Positions 13,120 to 26,830 of a DNA stretch of 64,000 nt are shown here, one piece after another; position 1 is the stretch's first letter; every line of letters starts with the position of its first letter. Position numbers and translations under genes: made by a program. The DNA is from Octopus sinensis (taxonomy: Eukaryota), in contig NC_043010.1 of NCBI RefSeq assembly GCF_006345805.1, positions 49,228,001-49,292,000 on the forward strand, written 5' to 3'. Below the pieces are notes generated by a model. That model saw nothing but the letters and a program-made list of their open reading frames with translations, did no database searches and had not been told where the DNA came from.

Positions 13120-13270
13120 TACCTATTTCTATTTCTTTATTACCCACAAGGGGCTAAACACAGAGGGGACAAACAAGGACAGACATAGGTATTAAGTCGA
13201 TTACATCGACTCCAGTGCGTAACTGGTACTTAATTTATCGACCCCGAAAGGATGAAAGGCAAAGTCGACT
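13120..13270 (-). mobile_element. SINE family B fragment
   Basis: Reverse complement of GTCGACTTTGCCTTTCATCCTTTCGGGGTCGATAAATTAAGTACCAG. Confidence 0.8.
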
Positions 13271-15379
13271 ACCTTTATGTAAATGTCCTTTTCTATAATT
13301 AACATCGCTAAGCTTGGAAGTAGTACAAATTGTAAAATGCAGAGGAGAGGTTCAACCCAGTGTTTCTTATGTGGGGGAGGACCGTGATGAATAAAGGCGC
13401 ACTAATTGCCACTTTTTTTTAAAAATAAAATTAAAATGGTTTTCAACTTCTTAAACTTTTTCAACTCCATGGTGAGGAAAATATTATGGCTGCAAATATT
13501 TTTTACGTTTACTTATTATAAAAGAATGGTGTGCTAAAAATTTCAAGTAGGTCGAAGACAGTAGCACAGCTAGCGGGGCTGTCCGCAGGGTCTTTATAGG
13601 TACTTTTGGCCTGCTGTATAAACCTATAAGCTTGTCTAGTGGGAATCCCCAAACCCATGCCGTGGGTCATGTGACACCGGGCCACTCTGAAAGAATAAGT
13701 TTAAATTTTTTTTTTTTCCATTGACTATAGCAGTTTGATAGGTATTTTTGGCATTAGTTCGAATTTTGTGCTTAAACCCCAGCAATGGACGGCCCTTAGG
13801 TGCATTATCATTCCATTAAATGTACTTAAGGAAAGAAAAATATTGAAAAACATCAATACATGTCAGAGTGACAAAAAAACAAGAAAAGTATCAGGTGGTC
13901 GTAAGATGTGCTAAAGATAACAGCTAAATCGCCCTTAAATCACACCCAATTTTTTTATATATATATATATATATTTCATGAAATTCCGTGTGTGGAACAC
14001 ATATTTGAAAAAATTCTCTGAAAATTCCAAAAAATAAAAGAGTTATGAAGCATTATATGGGGTACTTAAACACCAGAATTCTGCCTAAATATAATATGTA
14101 TGTATTATATATGTAATAATTAAGTTATATACTATGTACTAAGTGTTTTGTTATAGGCATGATCCCATGGTTTGTGGGAAAATTATCTTGCATGAAACCT
14201 GTCTGTAACAAAAAAGTTGGGGACCAATTCTGTATAGGCTGTGGGGATCCGGGTGGGGGCAAACTCAAGAGTTACTCTAACCAGTACATACTCTAACTAT
14301 GTCACTATGGTGGGAACTTGATATTTGTCAGAAAACAACTGATTCAACCTATTACATGCTGGAAAATTTCATTACGAAAATTAGTTCCGGGTTTTTATTC
14401 ATTCTTTAACTTTTGTGAAATCAGTATAGCCTGACAAGTTAGAGACACATCAGCACATTATTTTCATGAAATCATTCGCTACTTTTACAAATCAATCATG
14501 GAAGTGAACTACCAAGTTTTTTTTTAATGTTTTCTCCCTCCCAGGTGACAAGGTAGCTCCAAAACATCAGAAATCTCCTCTCTTTTGGCATATAAACTTA
14601 TTTAAACTTCACTAAACAATTTTTGCCAACACTTGCCACTGCCAGTTTCCTCAGAATGTGTGTACTTTTTTTTTCTTATTTTTTTATTGCACGGGGTTAT
14701 TTTGTTAATTGCTTTTTCTTCAACAACTTTGGTCATCCTGAAATTGAACCACTGATGAATCTCAACTAGTCTCTCTAATTGCTAGAAATAGCAGCTAAAT
14801 CTTTCTGGAAAATCTTTTATCATAAACCTACTCAACTGCAATTGACCTGAAACTAAACAACACGAAATTGAACTGACGAGAGAGACAATGTGGTCACTTG
14901 ACCAGCTAGAGACAACAGTCAAATTCCCTCTAATAACTCACCTCCTCTCATCCTACATAAATGTATATGGCCATCTGATTAAATAATTTTCTATGCAGTT
15001 ACATAGTTTCAGGTTCCGTTTTACTGCGTAGTACCTTGGACAAATATCATCTACTAAATCCTTGATACCAATCATCATCATCATCATTTAGAATTCATTT
15101 CCCATGATGGCATGGGTTAGATAGCTCAGCTGGAACTGGTAAGATGGAGAGCCGCACCAGACTCCAGTCTGATTTTGGCTTCATTTCTATGGCTGGATGA
15201 CCCTTCCTAACGCCAATGTAAAATCCTTTCACTAAATTCTTTAGTGAAATTGGATTAACCAAAATTTGTATTGTAGCCCATCAGATCGATTATAGCTTTT
15301 ATTGAGTGAAAGACTAAATTTGGCTGCTGCTGTTGCTTCATGCTCTTGCTTGATGAGACTGGGATCATCTCAGATTAGT

Positions 15380-15840
15380 GGTCCCAGAGACATCATCATG
15401 TGTTGAGCCAACCAGGCTCACCAGCACTCTCCATTACTGGTAGTCCTTTGTCAACCCCTCTGCATCCTTCAAAATGATGTCAAGCTTCTGGAGATCTTCC
15501 TTAACCATGTCCAGCCATCTGGTGAAGGGTTTGCCACGAAGCTTCTTGCAGCCTGCAGCCACTGCATTGAATAAGAGTAAAGCCCTGATAAGGTGATCTG
15601 GTGAGAGAAGGAGGATATAACCATACCAGTGCATGTGATGGATAGTGATGAGGTAGGAGACTGCGGGCTGATGCATGCATGCACACAGTTCTTTGTTAGA
15701 AACATGATGGTACCATCTGATGTTCTTGATGGTCTTCAGAGCTTTGCTACTGAAGCCATTGATTTTCTTTGCCAAGGTCTTCAAGAGGGGAGAATGGCAC
15801 TTGAGTTAATATTACTGCCTGGTCCTTGCAGAGTTGGTGT
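15380..15840 (-). mobile_element. RTE-clade LINE 3' fragment (decayed)
   Basis: ORF 15434-15784 ...IRWYHHVSNKEL...HWYGYI...RGKPFTRWLDMVKEDL resembles the RTE post-RT C-terminus. Confidence 0.8.
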
Positions 15841-15944
15841 CATACATTAGACAAACTAGGAAATCACCTAGAGTGCCACACAAATTTTAAAATACTAAGA
15901 TAGAGAATTTCTAAATTTATTTAAAAACACAAACTGTAATTGTT

Positions 15945-16240
15945 CGTTCTTTCTCGAGCCATGCCTGGCTCATAAGGGCCGGTTTCCCAGTTTCCTTGGC
16001 ATATAGGTTCTCCACCTGGATAGAATGTCAGTCTGTTGCAGGTGAGCTTCAAGATGCAGGAGGAAAGAGTGAGAGAAACTTGTGGCGAAAGAGTCAGCAG
16101 AAGTTCGCTGTTACCTTCTGCCGCAGTCACGTGGAGCTTAGGTGTTTCGCTCATAAACACACACATGCCCAGTCTGAGATTCAAACCCGCAATCCTCGAC
16201 TGTGAGTCCACTGCTCTAACCACTAGGCCATGTGCCTCCA
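15945..16240 (-). mobile_element. tRNA-derived SINE, family E
   Basis: Minus head TGGCCTAGTGGTTAGAGC (A box) and GGGTTTGAATCTC (B box); second copy at 39742-40025. Confidence 0.85.
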
Positions 16241-16509
16241 CACAAACTGTAATAATGATTTTGCATAAGGCTGCAATTTTGAGTTGGGGATGGGTTGGAT
16301 TAATTGGTGCCATTTAGCCAAGTACTTTATTGGTACCTTATTTCATTGACCTTGAAAGGATGGAAAGTAAAATTGACCTCTGTTGGATTTGAACTCAGAA
16401 CATAAAGAGTCAAAACAAATATCACAAAACATGTTTTTTTCTGACACTCTTATGATTCTGCCAGCTTGCAACTTTCATAAACCCTTAATAATTGTTGTTT
16501 GAAAGGTAA

Positions 16510-17175
16510 GGCAGCAAGCTGGCAGAAACGTTTGCACACCGGGCGAAATGCTTAACAGTATTTTGTCTGCCACTACGTTCTGAGTTCAAATTCCGCTAAG
16601 GTCGACTTTGCCTTTCATCCTTTCGAGGTAAATTAAATAAGTACCAGTTATGCACTGGGGTCGATATAATCGACTTAATCCGTTCGTCTGTCCTTGTTCG
16701 TCCCCTCTGTGTGTAGCCCCTTGTGGGCAGTAAAGAAATAAGAAATGTTAGCATGCTGGGTGAAATGCTTAGCAGTATTTTGTCTGTCTTTACATTCTGA
16801 GTTCAAATTCCACCAAGGCCAACGTTGCCTGTCATCCTTTTGGTGTCAATAAATTAAGTACCAGTTGCTTACTGGAGACGATCTAATCGACTGGCCCCCT
16901 TTCCAAAAATTTCGGTCCTTGTGCCAAGAGTAGAAAAGAATAGTTGTTTTAAAGGTGGTGAGCTGGCAGAATCATTAGAACACCAGGCAAAACGCTTAGC
17001 AACATTTTGTCCAGCTTCATGTTTTGAGTTCAAATTTCAATAGGATTAACTTTGCCTTTCATTCTTTTGGGATCAATTAAATAAGTACCAGTTGAGCACT
17101 GAGATCTGAGATCAATGTGATCAATTTATACCCTTCCCCAAAAGTGCTGGCCTTATGCCAAAATTTGAAACTAAT
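16510..17175 (+). mobile_element. Three tandem SINE family B copies
   Basis: Repeated GAGCTGGCAGAA...CTGAGTTCAAATT...GCCTTTCATCC...AAGTACCAGTT modules. Confidence 0.8.
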
Positions 17176-17184
17176 AATAATTGC

Positions 17185-17415
17185 TTAGTGGTTAGGGTGT
17201 CAGCATCATGATCGTAAGATTGTGGTTTCGATTCCTGGACCGGGCGACATGTTGTGTTCTTGAGCAAAACACTTCATTTCACGTTGCTCCAGTCCACTCA
17301 ACTGACAAAAATAAGTAATGCTGTGATGGACTGGCGTCCCATCCAGCTGGGGAACACATACGCCATAGAAACTGGGAAACCGGACCCATGAGCCTGGCTA
17401 GGCTTCAAAAAGGTG
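17185..17415 (+). mobile_element. SINE family D
   Basis: A/B-box-like head, CTTGAGCAAAACACTTCATTTCAC core; matches 46452-46952 on the opposite strand. Confidence 0.8.
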
Positions 17416-17429
17416 CATTTATTATTAAT

Positions 17430-17850
17430 TGCTTCAAATTTCAGAGGGAGAGGGTTAGTTAATTACATCAACCTCGGTACTTAACTGGTATATTATTTTT
17501 GTGAACCCTAAAGAATGAAAGGCAAAGTAGGGCTCTGCAGGATTTGAACTCAGAGCATAAAGATCTAGAAGAAATATGGGTAAACATTTTGTCCAATGCA
17601 CTAATGATTCTGCCAGCTCACCACCTTAAAATAATCCTTTCTAATATAGGCACAAGGCCTGGAATTTGAAGGGAGGGGTAGTCGATTACATCAACCCCAA
17701 TACTTGACTGGTACTTCATTTATCAACCCCAAAAGGATGAAAGGTAAAGTCAACTTCAGTGGAATTTGAACTCAGAATGTAATGATAGATGAAATACTGC
17801 TAAGCATTTTGTCCAGCATGCTAACGATTCTGCCAGCTCACCACCTTATC
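17430..17850 (-). mobile_element. Two SINE family B variants
   Basis: GATTCTGCCAGCTCACCACCTT ends at about 17625 and 17845. Confidence 0.7.
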
Positions 17851-18759
17851 CATTATAATAATAATGAGAACAAATGAGGTCATTCCTGGAATAGAGGAAG
17901 CTGGAGGACTGGGATGAGGTGATAAGAACTGTGTGATGTTACAACCTCTAACATGATTTTGTGTAAAACATTTCAAATTTTGCCAGATAACAGATCTACT
18001 GTGTGGTAAGCATTATCATAAAACCATAGATCATTTTGCCTTGTTTTTGTTTTTGCAAGTCAATTATAATTTTCCATTGTATTTTCCGACTGATGTAAAA
18101 AGGATGATGGCTGGAGGAAGGGATAGGGAAAACTCAGAAGAGAATATGCTCATTGTTGGACTGGGACAAAGGAATACGCATTGTATGACAGAGAGAAGGA
18201 GGCATACATTTTCAGACTGGCCAAGATCATTAGATACCTTGATTTCAGCTCTAGGCTCTTCGATACTTTTAGCAAAGTTCAGGCTATCACAACTCTTTGG
18301 ACTATCTCTCCAATTTGAGAACGGCCTATGAATCATGGTTTTTGTTTTCTCTCTTTCCTCCACCAATCTCAACAAAAAGTTTATGGGTGTTGCTCTTTCG
18401 TTTCTATTTTAAACTGTAGTAAAATGAAGTGTGACTGACCTGCATTACTCAGTAGCATAAGCCACCATGAAAAGTATAGTTTTCTAACAAACTAATTCAT
18501 CTGAAAAGTCAGGTAATTTCGCTTAATCATTATAATGAATTGTCATGCCAACTTGTATACATTTCTTTTTAAAACTGGACCGGTGGTGCTGCTTCACATA
18601 GTGACATTAATTGACTGTCATTCCTACATCTACAATGGTGCTGCTGTTGTACAAACAGGTATCACTGCATTATAAAATGAATGAGAAATCAAAGTAATTC
18701 ATTGCACATTATCCTGAGCTAGTTTTCCAACCTTGTTCCAATTACAAGTAAGTACAATA

Positions 18760-21700
18760 CCATCAATTCACAACAGGAAAAGTTCCCCATCATCAATTCA
18801 CTAAAGGAAAGTTCACTGCCATTAATTCACAACAGGGAAAGTTCACTGCCATCAATCCATCACAGGGAAAGTTCACTGCCATCAATTCACCACAGGGAAA
18901 GTTCACTACCATCAATCCATCACAGGGAAAGTTCACTACCATCAATTCACCACAGGAAAAGTTCACTGCCATCAATTCACCACAGGAAAAGTTCACTGCC
19001 ATCAATTCACCACAGGAAAAGTTCACTGCCATCAATTCACCACAGGAAAAGTTCACCACCATCAATTCACCACAGGAAAAGTTCACTGCCATCAATTCCC
19101 CACAGGAAAAGTTCACTGCCATCAATTCACCACAGGGAAAGTTCACCACCATCAATTCACCACAGGAAAAGTTCACTGCCATCAATTCACCACAGGGAAA
19201 GTTCACTACCATCAATTCACCACAGGGAAAGTTCACTACCATCAATTCACCACAGGGAAAGTTCACTACCATAAATTCACCACAGGGAAAGTTCACTGTC
19301 ATCAATTCTCCACAGGAAAAATTCACTACCATCAATTCACCACAGGAAAAGTTCACTACCATCAATTCACCACAGGGAAAATTCACTGCCATCAATTCAC
19401 CACAGGGAAAGTTCACTACCATCAATTCACCACAGGGAAAGTTCACTGTCATCAATTCTCCACAGGAAAAATTCACTGCCATCAATTCACCACAGGGAAA
19501 GTTCACTACCATCAATTCACCACAGGGAAAGTTCACTACCATCAATTCACCACAGGGAAAGTTCACTACCATAAATTCTCCACAGGAAAAGTTCACTGCC
19601 ATCAATTCACCACAGGGAAAGTTCCCCATCATCAATTCACTACAGGGAAAGTTCACCACCATCAATCCATCACAGGGAAAGTTCACTGCCATCAATTCAT
19701 CACAGGGAAAGTTCACTGCCATCAATTCACCATAGGGAAAGTTCACTACCATCAATTCACCACAGGAAAAGTTCACTACCATAAATTCACCACAGGGAAA
19801 GTTCACTACCATCAATTCATCACAGGAAAAGTTCACTACCATCAATTCATCACAGGAAAAATTCACTACCATCAATTCACCACAGGAAAAGTTCACTACC
19901 ATAAATTCACCACAGGGAAAGTTCACTACCATCAATTCACCACAGGAAAAGTTCACTACCATCAATTCACCATAGGGAAAGTTCACTACCATCAATTCAC
20001 CACAGGAAAAGTTCACTACCATCAATTCATCACAGCGAAAGTTCACTACCATCAATTCACCACAGGAAAAGTTCACCGCCATCAATTCATCACAGGAAAA
20101 ATTCACTGCCATCAATTCACCACAGGGAAAGTTCACTGCCATCAATTCACCACAGGGAAAGTTCACTGCCATCAATTCACCACAGGGAAAGTTCACTGCC
20201 ATCAATTCACCACAGGGAAAGTTCACTGCCATCAATTCATCACAGGAAAAATTCACTGCCATCAATTCACCACAGGGAAAGTTCACTGCCATCAATTCAC
20301 CACAGGGAAAGTTCACTGCCATCAATTCACCACAGGGAAAGTTCACTGCCATCAATTCACCACAGGGAAAGTTCACTGCCATCAATTCACCACAGGGAAA
20401 GTTCACTACCATCAATTCACCACAGGGAAAGTTCACTGCCATCAATTCACCACAGGGAAAGTTCACTACCATCAATTCACCACAGGAAAAGTTCACCGCC
20501 ATCAATTCATCACAGGAAAAATTCACTGCCATCAATTCACCACAGGGAAAGTTCACTGCCATCAATTCACCACAGGGAAAGTTCACTGCCATCAATTCAC
20601 CACAGGGAAAGTTCACCGCCATCAATTCATCACAGGAAAAATTCACTGCCATCAATTCACCACAGGGAAAGTTCACTGCCATCAATTCACCACAGGGAAA
20701 GTTCACTGCCATCAATTCACCACAGGGAAAGTTCACTGCCATCAATTCACCACAGGAAAAGTTCACTGCCATCAATCACCACAGGGAAAGTTCACTGCCA
20801 TCAATTCATCACAGGAAAAATTCACTGCCATCAATTCACCACAGGAAAAGTTCACTACCATCAATTCACCACAGGAAAAGTTCACCGCCGTCAATTCATC
20901 ACAGGAAAAATTCACTGCCATCAATTCACCACAGGGAAAGTTCACTGCCATCAATTCACCACAGGGAAAGTTCACTGCCATCAATTCACCACAGGGAAAG
21001 TTCACTGCCATCAATTCACCACAGGGAAAGTTCACTGCCATCAATTCTCCACAGGAAAAATTCACTGCCATCAATTCACCACAGGGAAAGTTCACTACCA
21101 TCAATTCACCACAGGGAAAGTTCACTGCCATCAATTCACCACAGGGAAAGTTCACTACCATCAATTCACGACAGGGAAAGTTCACTGTCATCAATTCTCC
21201 ACAGGAAAAATTCACTGCCATCAATTCACCACAGGGAAAGTTCACTACCATCAATTCACCACAGGGAAAGTTCACTGCCATCAATTCTCCACAGGAAAAG
21301 TTCACTACCATCAATTCTCCACAGGAAAAGTTCACTACCATCAATTCTCCACAGGAAAAGTTCACTACCATCAATTCTCCACAGGAAAAGTTCACTACCA
21401 TCAATTCACCACAGGGAAAGTTCACTGTCATCAATTCTCCACAGGAAAAATTCACTGCCATCAATTCACACAGGGAAAGTTCACTGCCATCAATTCACCA
21501 CAGGGAAAGTTCACTGCCATCAATTCACCACAGGGAAAGTTCACTGTCATCAATTCTCCACAGGAAAAATTCACTGCCATCAATTCACCACAGGGAAAGT
21601 TCACTGTCATCAATTCTCCACAGGAAAAATTCACTGCCATCAATTCACCACAGGGAAAGTTCACTGCCATCAATTCACCACAGGGAAAGTTCACTGCCAT

Positions 21701-23412
21701 CAGTCCATCACAGGGAAAGTTCACTGTCATCAATTCTCCACAGGAAAAATTCACTGCCATCAATTCACCACAGGGAAAGTTCACTGTCATCAATTCACCA
21801 CAGGGAAAGTTCACTGCCATCAATTCTCCACAGGAAAAATTCACTGCCATCAATTCACCACAGGGAAAGTTCACTGCCATCAATTCTCCACAGGAAAAAT
21901 TCACTGCCATCAATTCACCACAGGAAAAGTTCACTGCCATCAGTCCATCACAGGGAAAGTTCACTACCATCAATTCACCACAGGAAAAGTTCACTGCTAT
22001 CAATTCCCCACAGGGAAAGTTCACTGCCATCAATTCTCCACAGGAAAAGTTCACTGCCATCAATTCACCACAGGGAAAGTTCACTACCATCAATTCACCA
22101 TAGGAAAAGTTCACTACCATCAATTCACCACAGGGAAAGTTCACTGCCATCAATTCACCACAGGGAAAGTTCACTACCATCAATTCACCATAGGAAAAGT
22201 TCACTACCATCAATTCACCACAGGGAAAGTTCACTACCATCAATCCACCACAGGGAAAGTTCACTACCATCAATTCACCATAGGAAAAGTTCACTACCAT
22301 CAATTCACCACAGGGAAAGTTCACTGCCATCAATTCACCACAGGGAAAGTTCACTACCATCAATTCACGACAGGAAAAGTTCACTGCTATCAATTCCCCA
22401 CAGGGAAAGTTCACTGCCATCAATTCCCCACAGGGAAAGTTCACTACCATCAATTCACCATAGGAAAAGTTCACTACCATCAATTCACGACAGGAAAAGT
22501 TCACTGCTATCAATTCCCCACAGGGAAAGTTCACTACCATCAATTCACCACAGGGAAAGTTCACTACCATCAATTCACCATAGGAAAAGTTCACTACCAT
22601 CAATTCACCACAGGGAAAGTTCACTGCCATCAATTCACCACAGGGAAAGTTCACTACCATCAATTCACGACAGGAAAAGTTCACTGCTATCAATTCCCCA
22701 CAGGGAAAGTTCACTGCCATCAATTCCCCACAGGGAAAGTTCACTACCATCAATTCCCCACAGGGAAAGTTCACTGCCATCAATTCACCACAGGGAAAGT
22801 TCACTGCTATCAATTCCCCACAGGGAAAGTTCACTGCCATCAATTCACCACAGGAAAAGTTCACTGCTATCAATTCCCCACAGGGAAAGTTCACTGCCAT
22901 CAATTCCCCACAGGGAAAGTTCACTGCCATCAATTCACCACAGGGAAAGTTCACTGCCATCAATTCACCACAGGGAAAGTTCACTGCCATCAATTCACCA
23001 CAGGGAAAGTTCACTGCCATTAATTCCCCACAGGGAAAGTTCACTGCCATCAATTCACCACAGGGAAAGTTCACTACCATCAATTCACCACAGGGAAAGT
23101 TCACTGCCATTAATTCACCACAGGGAAGTTCACTGCCATCAATTCACCACAGGGAAAGTTCACTGCCATCAATTCACCACAGGGAAAGTTCACTGCCATC
23201 AATTCACCACAGGGAAAGTTCACTGCCATTAATTCCCCACAGGGAAAGTTCACTGCCATCAATTCACCACAGGGAAAGTTCACTACCATCAATTCACCAC
23301 AGGGAAAGTTCACTGCCATTAATTCACCACAGGGAAAGTTCACTGACATCAATTCACCACAGGGAAATATCACTGTCATCAATTCACCACAGTAAATTGA
23401 TGACGGTGAACT
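18760..23412. repeat. 30-bp minisatellite, about 155 copies
   Basis: Unit CACAGGGAAAGTTCACTGCCATCAATTCAC with a small set of recurring variants and higher-order blocks; three 1-bp deletions near 20776, 21468 and 23126. Confidence 0.97.
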
Positions 23413-24137
23413 TACTGGACATTGCCTTATTCTACTTTCTGTTGATTCAAGGTTCTTCTTTATCATTTCTTTTCATCCGAGTCATTTTCCACCTACCCTG
23501 CTCTGGTCCATTGTAATGTCAATTCTTCACTTCTGAAGAGCACGAGGAAGAAAGAGATTACCCTCATGTAGAGTGAAGTGAGCAACTTACAATATGATCC
23601 TTTTGTTTTTCTCATTTCTCCTTTATGACAATGTTTTCCTTCCTGCTTGAACTTAGTGATTTATAAGTAAGGATCAGTCCATGTTCTGCTCCGTAACTGT
23701 TTAATTAAAGACTTTCTTTACATGATCCACAGGAGCAAGCTTCAATTTCTCTTATTTATTTTTTAATCAAACAAGCTATCAAATGTCCCAATACATCACT
23801 GGGCATAATGTGCTACCATTTTCCCCTTCATTGCACCCTTCTCTTCAATTTGGGCCCAAAATGTTTTACTATATTATCTTTCCATCATCTTGAAAGTCTT
23901 CCAAATGGAGCAAGCTTCAATATAGAGACCAAACAGTAGAGTACAATATGGTGGAGATGTTCGAGAGCAAAAATCAACTGCTATTTTTTACACAGTACAA
24001 GAACCTTATCTGGCTTCCAGAAACCTGGGAATACTATACAATACCATGCAATATACTGTACCCTGTATTGAGTAAACAGATTCAGTTTTTGAAGTTGGCT
24101 AATTTGCATATGATGTATTTTGTTCTTTATTTTAGTA

Positions 24138-24544
24138 TACTCTTTTTACTCTTTCACTTGTTTCAGTCATTTGACTGCAGCCATGCTGGAGCACCGCCTT
24201 TAGTCGAGCAAATCGACCCTAGAACTTATTCTTTGTAAGCCCAGTACTTATTCTATCGGTCTCTTTTGCCGAACCACTAAATGACGGGGACATAAACACA
24301 CCAGCATCGGTTGTCAAGCAATGCTAGGGGGACAAACACAGACATACAAACATACACATGCACATATATATACATATATACGATGGGCTTCTTTGAGTTT
24401 CCGTCTACCAAATCCACTCACAAGGCTTTGGTCGGCCCGAGGCAATAGTGGAAGACACTTGCCCAAGATGCCACACAGTGGGACTGAACCCAGAACCATG
24501 TGTTTGATAAGCAAGCTACTTACCACGCAGCCACTCCTGTGCCT
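24138..24544 (-). mobile_element. SINE family A, near full length
   Basis: High identity to 1564-1951. Confidence 0.9.
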
Positions 24545-25150
24545 ATTATGGGGACTGATAAAGATTAAATGCATTTTGATTTAGAATTGTATTAATTTAA
24601 CTTATCTGTTAAATAAAATCAAAATCTTTACTTTTCTTCATTTAATTTTAATCCTATAAACATCATACTGTATACCTGATACACTTTGATACATTTTTAA
24701 GAATTTTAAGTGGATTAATAAATGTCAAACAGCCCTTGCTTTAAAAGTGTTTTAACTTGAATCTGATAAATGCAATTTAGCTCATTACATTTCATAGTTT
24801 ATTTTATATTCTAATTATATATTTAGACTGTCTCTAAAAAAAAATTCAGAAATCCAGGACACTTCTCGTCTTAAGCTCGCCAGATAATTGGTCCAGTACT
24901 GTATAATATTATGCAAAAAGAGTTGTAGGAATGAGGAATAAATAATCTGCAAGTCATTCTCACCTGTTACAGATAAAATAATTCTTTCTCCTGATAGTTT
25001 ATGTGAGTGTAAGTAGGTGAGATAAGTAGGTCCATATGTAAAGACAAATAAGACAGACAAACAGTAAATCATGAAAATATAAAATGTTTTCTCTTTGAAG
25101 AACTACTGTCCAGAATGTCAAGCATACTCTTTCTATAAAATACCAATAGT

Positions 25151-26245
25151 ATACTCTTTTACTTGTTTCAGTCATTTGACTGTGGCCATGCTGGAGCACT
25201 GCTTTTAGTCGAGCAAATCGACCCCAGGACTTATTCTTTGCAAGCCTAGCACTTATTCTATCGGTCTCTTTTTGCCAAACTGCTAAGTTACAGGGACGTA
25301 AACATACCAGCATCGGTTGTCAAGCAATGTTGGGGAGACAAACACAGACATACAAACATACACACACACACATACATACATATATACGACGGGCTTCTTT
25401 CAGTTTCCATCTACCAAATCCACTCACAAGGCTTTGGTCAGCCCGAGGCTATAGTACAAGACACTTGCCCAAGGTGCCAAGCAGTGGGACTGAACCTGGA
25501 ACCATGTGGTTGGTAAGCACGCTACTTACCACGCAGCCACTCCTACGCCTACTTTTATCTTTTTCTTTTGTTTGTTTCAGTCATTGGACTGCAGCCATGC
25601 TGAGGTACTGCCTTAAAGAGTTTTTATCAAACAAATTGACCCCAGTACTTATTTGTTTTATTAAGTCTGGTACTTATTCTATCAATCTCTTTTGCGGAAA
25701 CACTCAATTACAAGGATGTAAACAAACCCTCTTGAGTAACATTACCTCAGAGAACCCTCAGAGGAACTCCATTTTGACCATTTATATTCACAATCATATT
25801 CTTTAGGTCATTATCCAGCATTCATGACTGGCTATTTTTATCCTTTATCTTTTTCTTGCTTTAGTCATTTGACTGCAGCCATGCTGGAGCACCACCTTTA
25901 AGAGTTTCAGTCAAATTAATCAACCCTAGGACTTTTTATTTCTTTTTAAGCCAAGTACTTATTCTATTGGTTTCTTTTGCTGAACTGCTAAGTTACAGGG
26001 ATGTAGACACACCAACATTAGTTGCCAAGCAGTGAAGGGGGACAAACATGGACACAAAGATGCCCACACATACATAAATACACACACATACATACACGAC
26101 AGGCTTTCAGTTTTCATCTACCAAATTCACTAGCAAGGCTTTGATTGGCCCAAGTCTATAGTAGAAGACATTTACCAAACAATGGGGCTGAACCCAGAAC
26201 TATGTGGTTGGGAAGCAAGTTTCCTATCATACAACCATGCCTAAT
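25151..26245 (-). mobile_element. Cluster of SINE family A copies (two near full, one partial)
   Basis: Repeated TTTCAGTCATTTGACTG...GCCATGCTG starts near 25165, 25575 and 25860. Confidence 0.8.
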
Positions 26246-26384
26246 CAGTGATATTTTTTTTTAAATCACATGTGATTTCTCCTTTAAGAATAATTGCTCC
26301 CTCTCTTTCAGATTTCTCTCAATGCTCCCAGTATTCATTCAATATTTTCTTTTTCTTTAGAATTCTTCATATGCAGGCAGGCTA

Positions 26385-26830
26385 CTTACTTACTTGTACT
26401 TGTGACGGCGTTCACCCAGGGCTGGTTGAGCCGGCTTCTTCTCTGGTCCTGACGGCATCACGAACCATGGTGGCCCACGCTCGACAGTCCTGTGCGAGGT
26501 CACTGGAGATAGCGAGCCATTCGCGGTTCCATAGGATTCATAGAAGAAGTTTTGTGGGAATACTGAGTTCACAAGCGGTCCCCGACATCCTGCATGCATA
26601 TCTCGAGTGACGGGACGCCCTGTTTGCCATGGAGTCTCCACAGACGCAGGAACAGAACCACCTTGAAGCCACTGGTTGCCAATCAGACGCCTCTTGGAAT
26701 TTTCACCAGAGCCCTGTTGGCCAGGCTGCGGCCCTAATACTGCTCGGTGCCAGACCAATCCGCCTTGGGTGGCCCTACCAGGAACTGAAGTTCCCGACAG
26801 CATAGCTCTGACACTGCCCATTTACACTAC
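26385..26830 (-). mobile_element. RTE-clade LINE 3' end
   Basis: An alternative minus frame reads WNREWLAISSDLAQDCRAWATMVRDAV...GSTSPG*, followed by a CAAGTA/AAGT repeat tail, typical of RTE 3' ends. Confidence 0.7.

Noticed and set aside
15945-16240. tRNA gene suggested by A and B boxes
   Set aside because: It is the tRNA-derived head of a multi-copy SINE; no complete cloverleaf was found. The same applies to the other SINE heads.
18041-18375. ORFs with RRHTFSDWP (BIR-like start) and a possible minus-strand donor
   Set aside because: The rest of the BIR Cys/His pattern is missing, and no convincing splice pair or recognisable protein was found.
18760-23412. 30-bp array as a CRISPR array, or as a relic of C2H2 zinc-finger linkers (HTGK.HC-like in one plus frame)
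   Set aside because: There are no unique spacers and the context is eukaryotic. C2H2 spacing is absent and the plus frames contain stops.
23416-23590. Apparent 58-nt GT-AG intron and adjacent exon on minus next to the minisatellite
   Set aside because: The putative exon has stops in all three frames; it could be non-coding or chance.
26390-26821. GC-rich 143-aa ORF as a host exon
   Set aside because: Another frame gives an RTE C-terminus and the CAAGTA tail, so it is a LINE 3' end.
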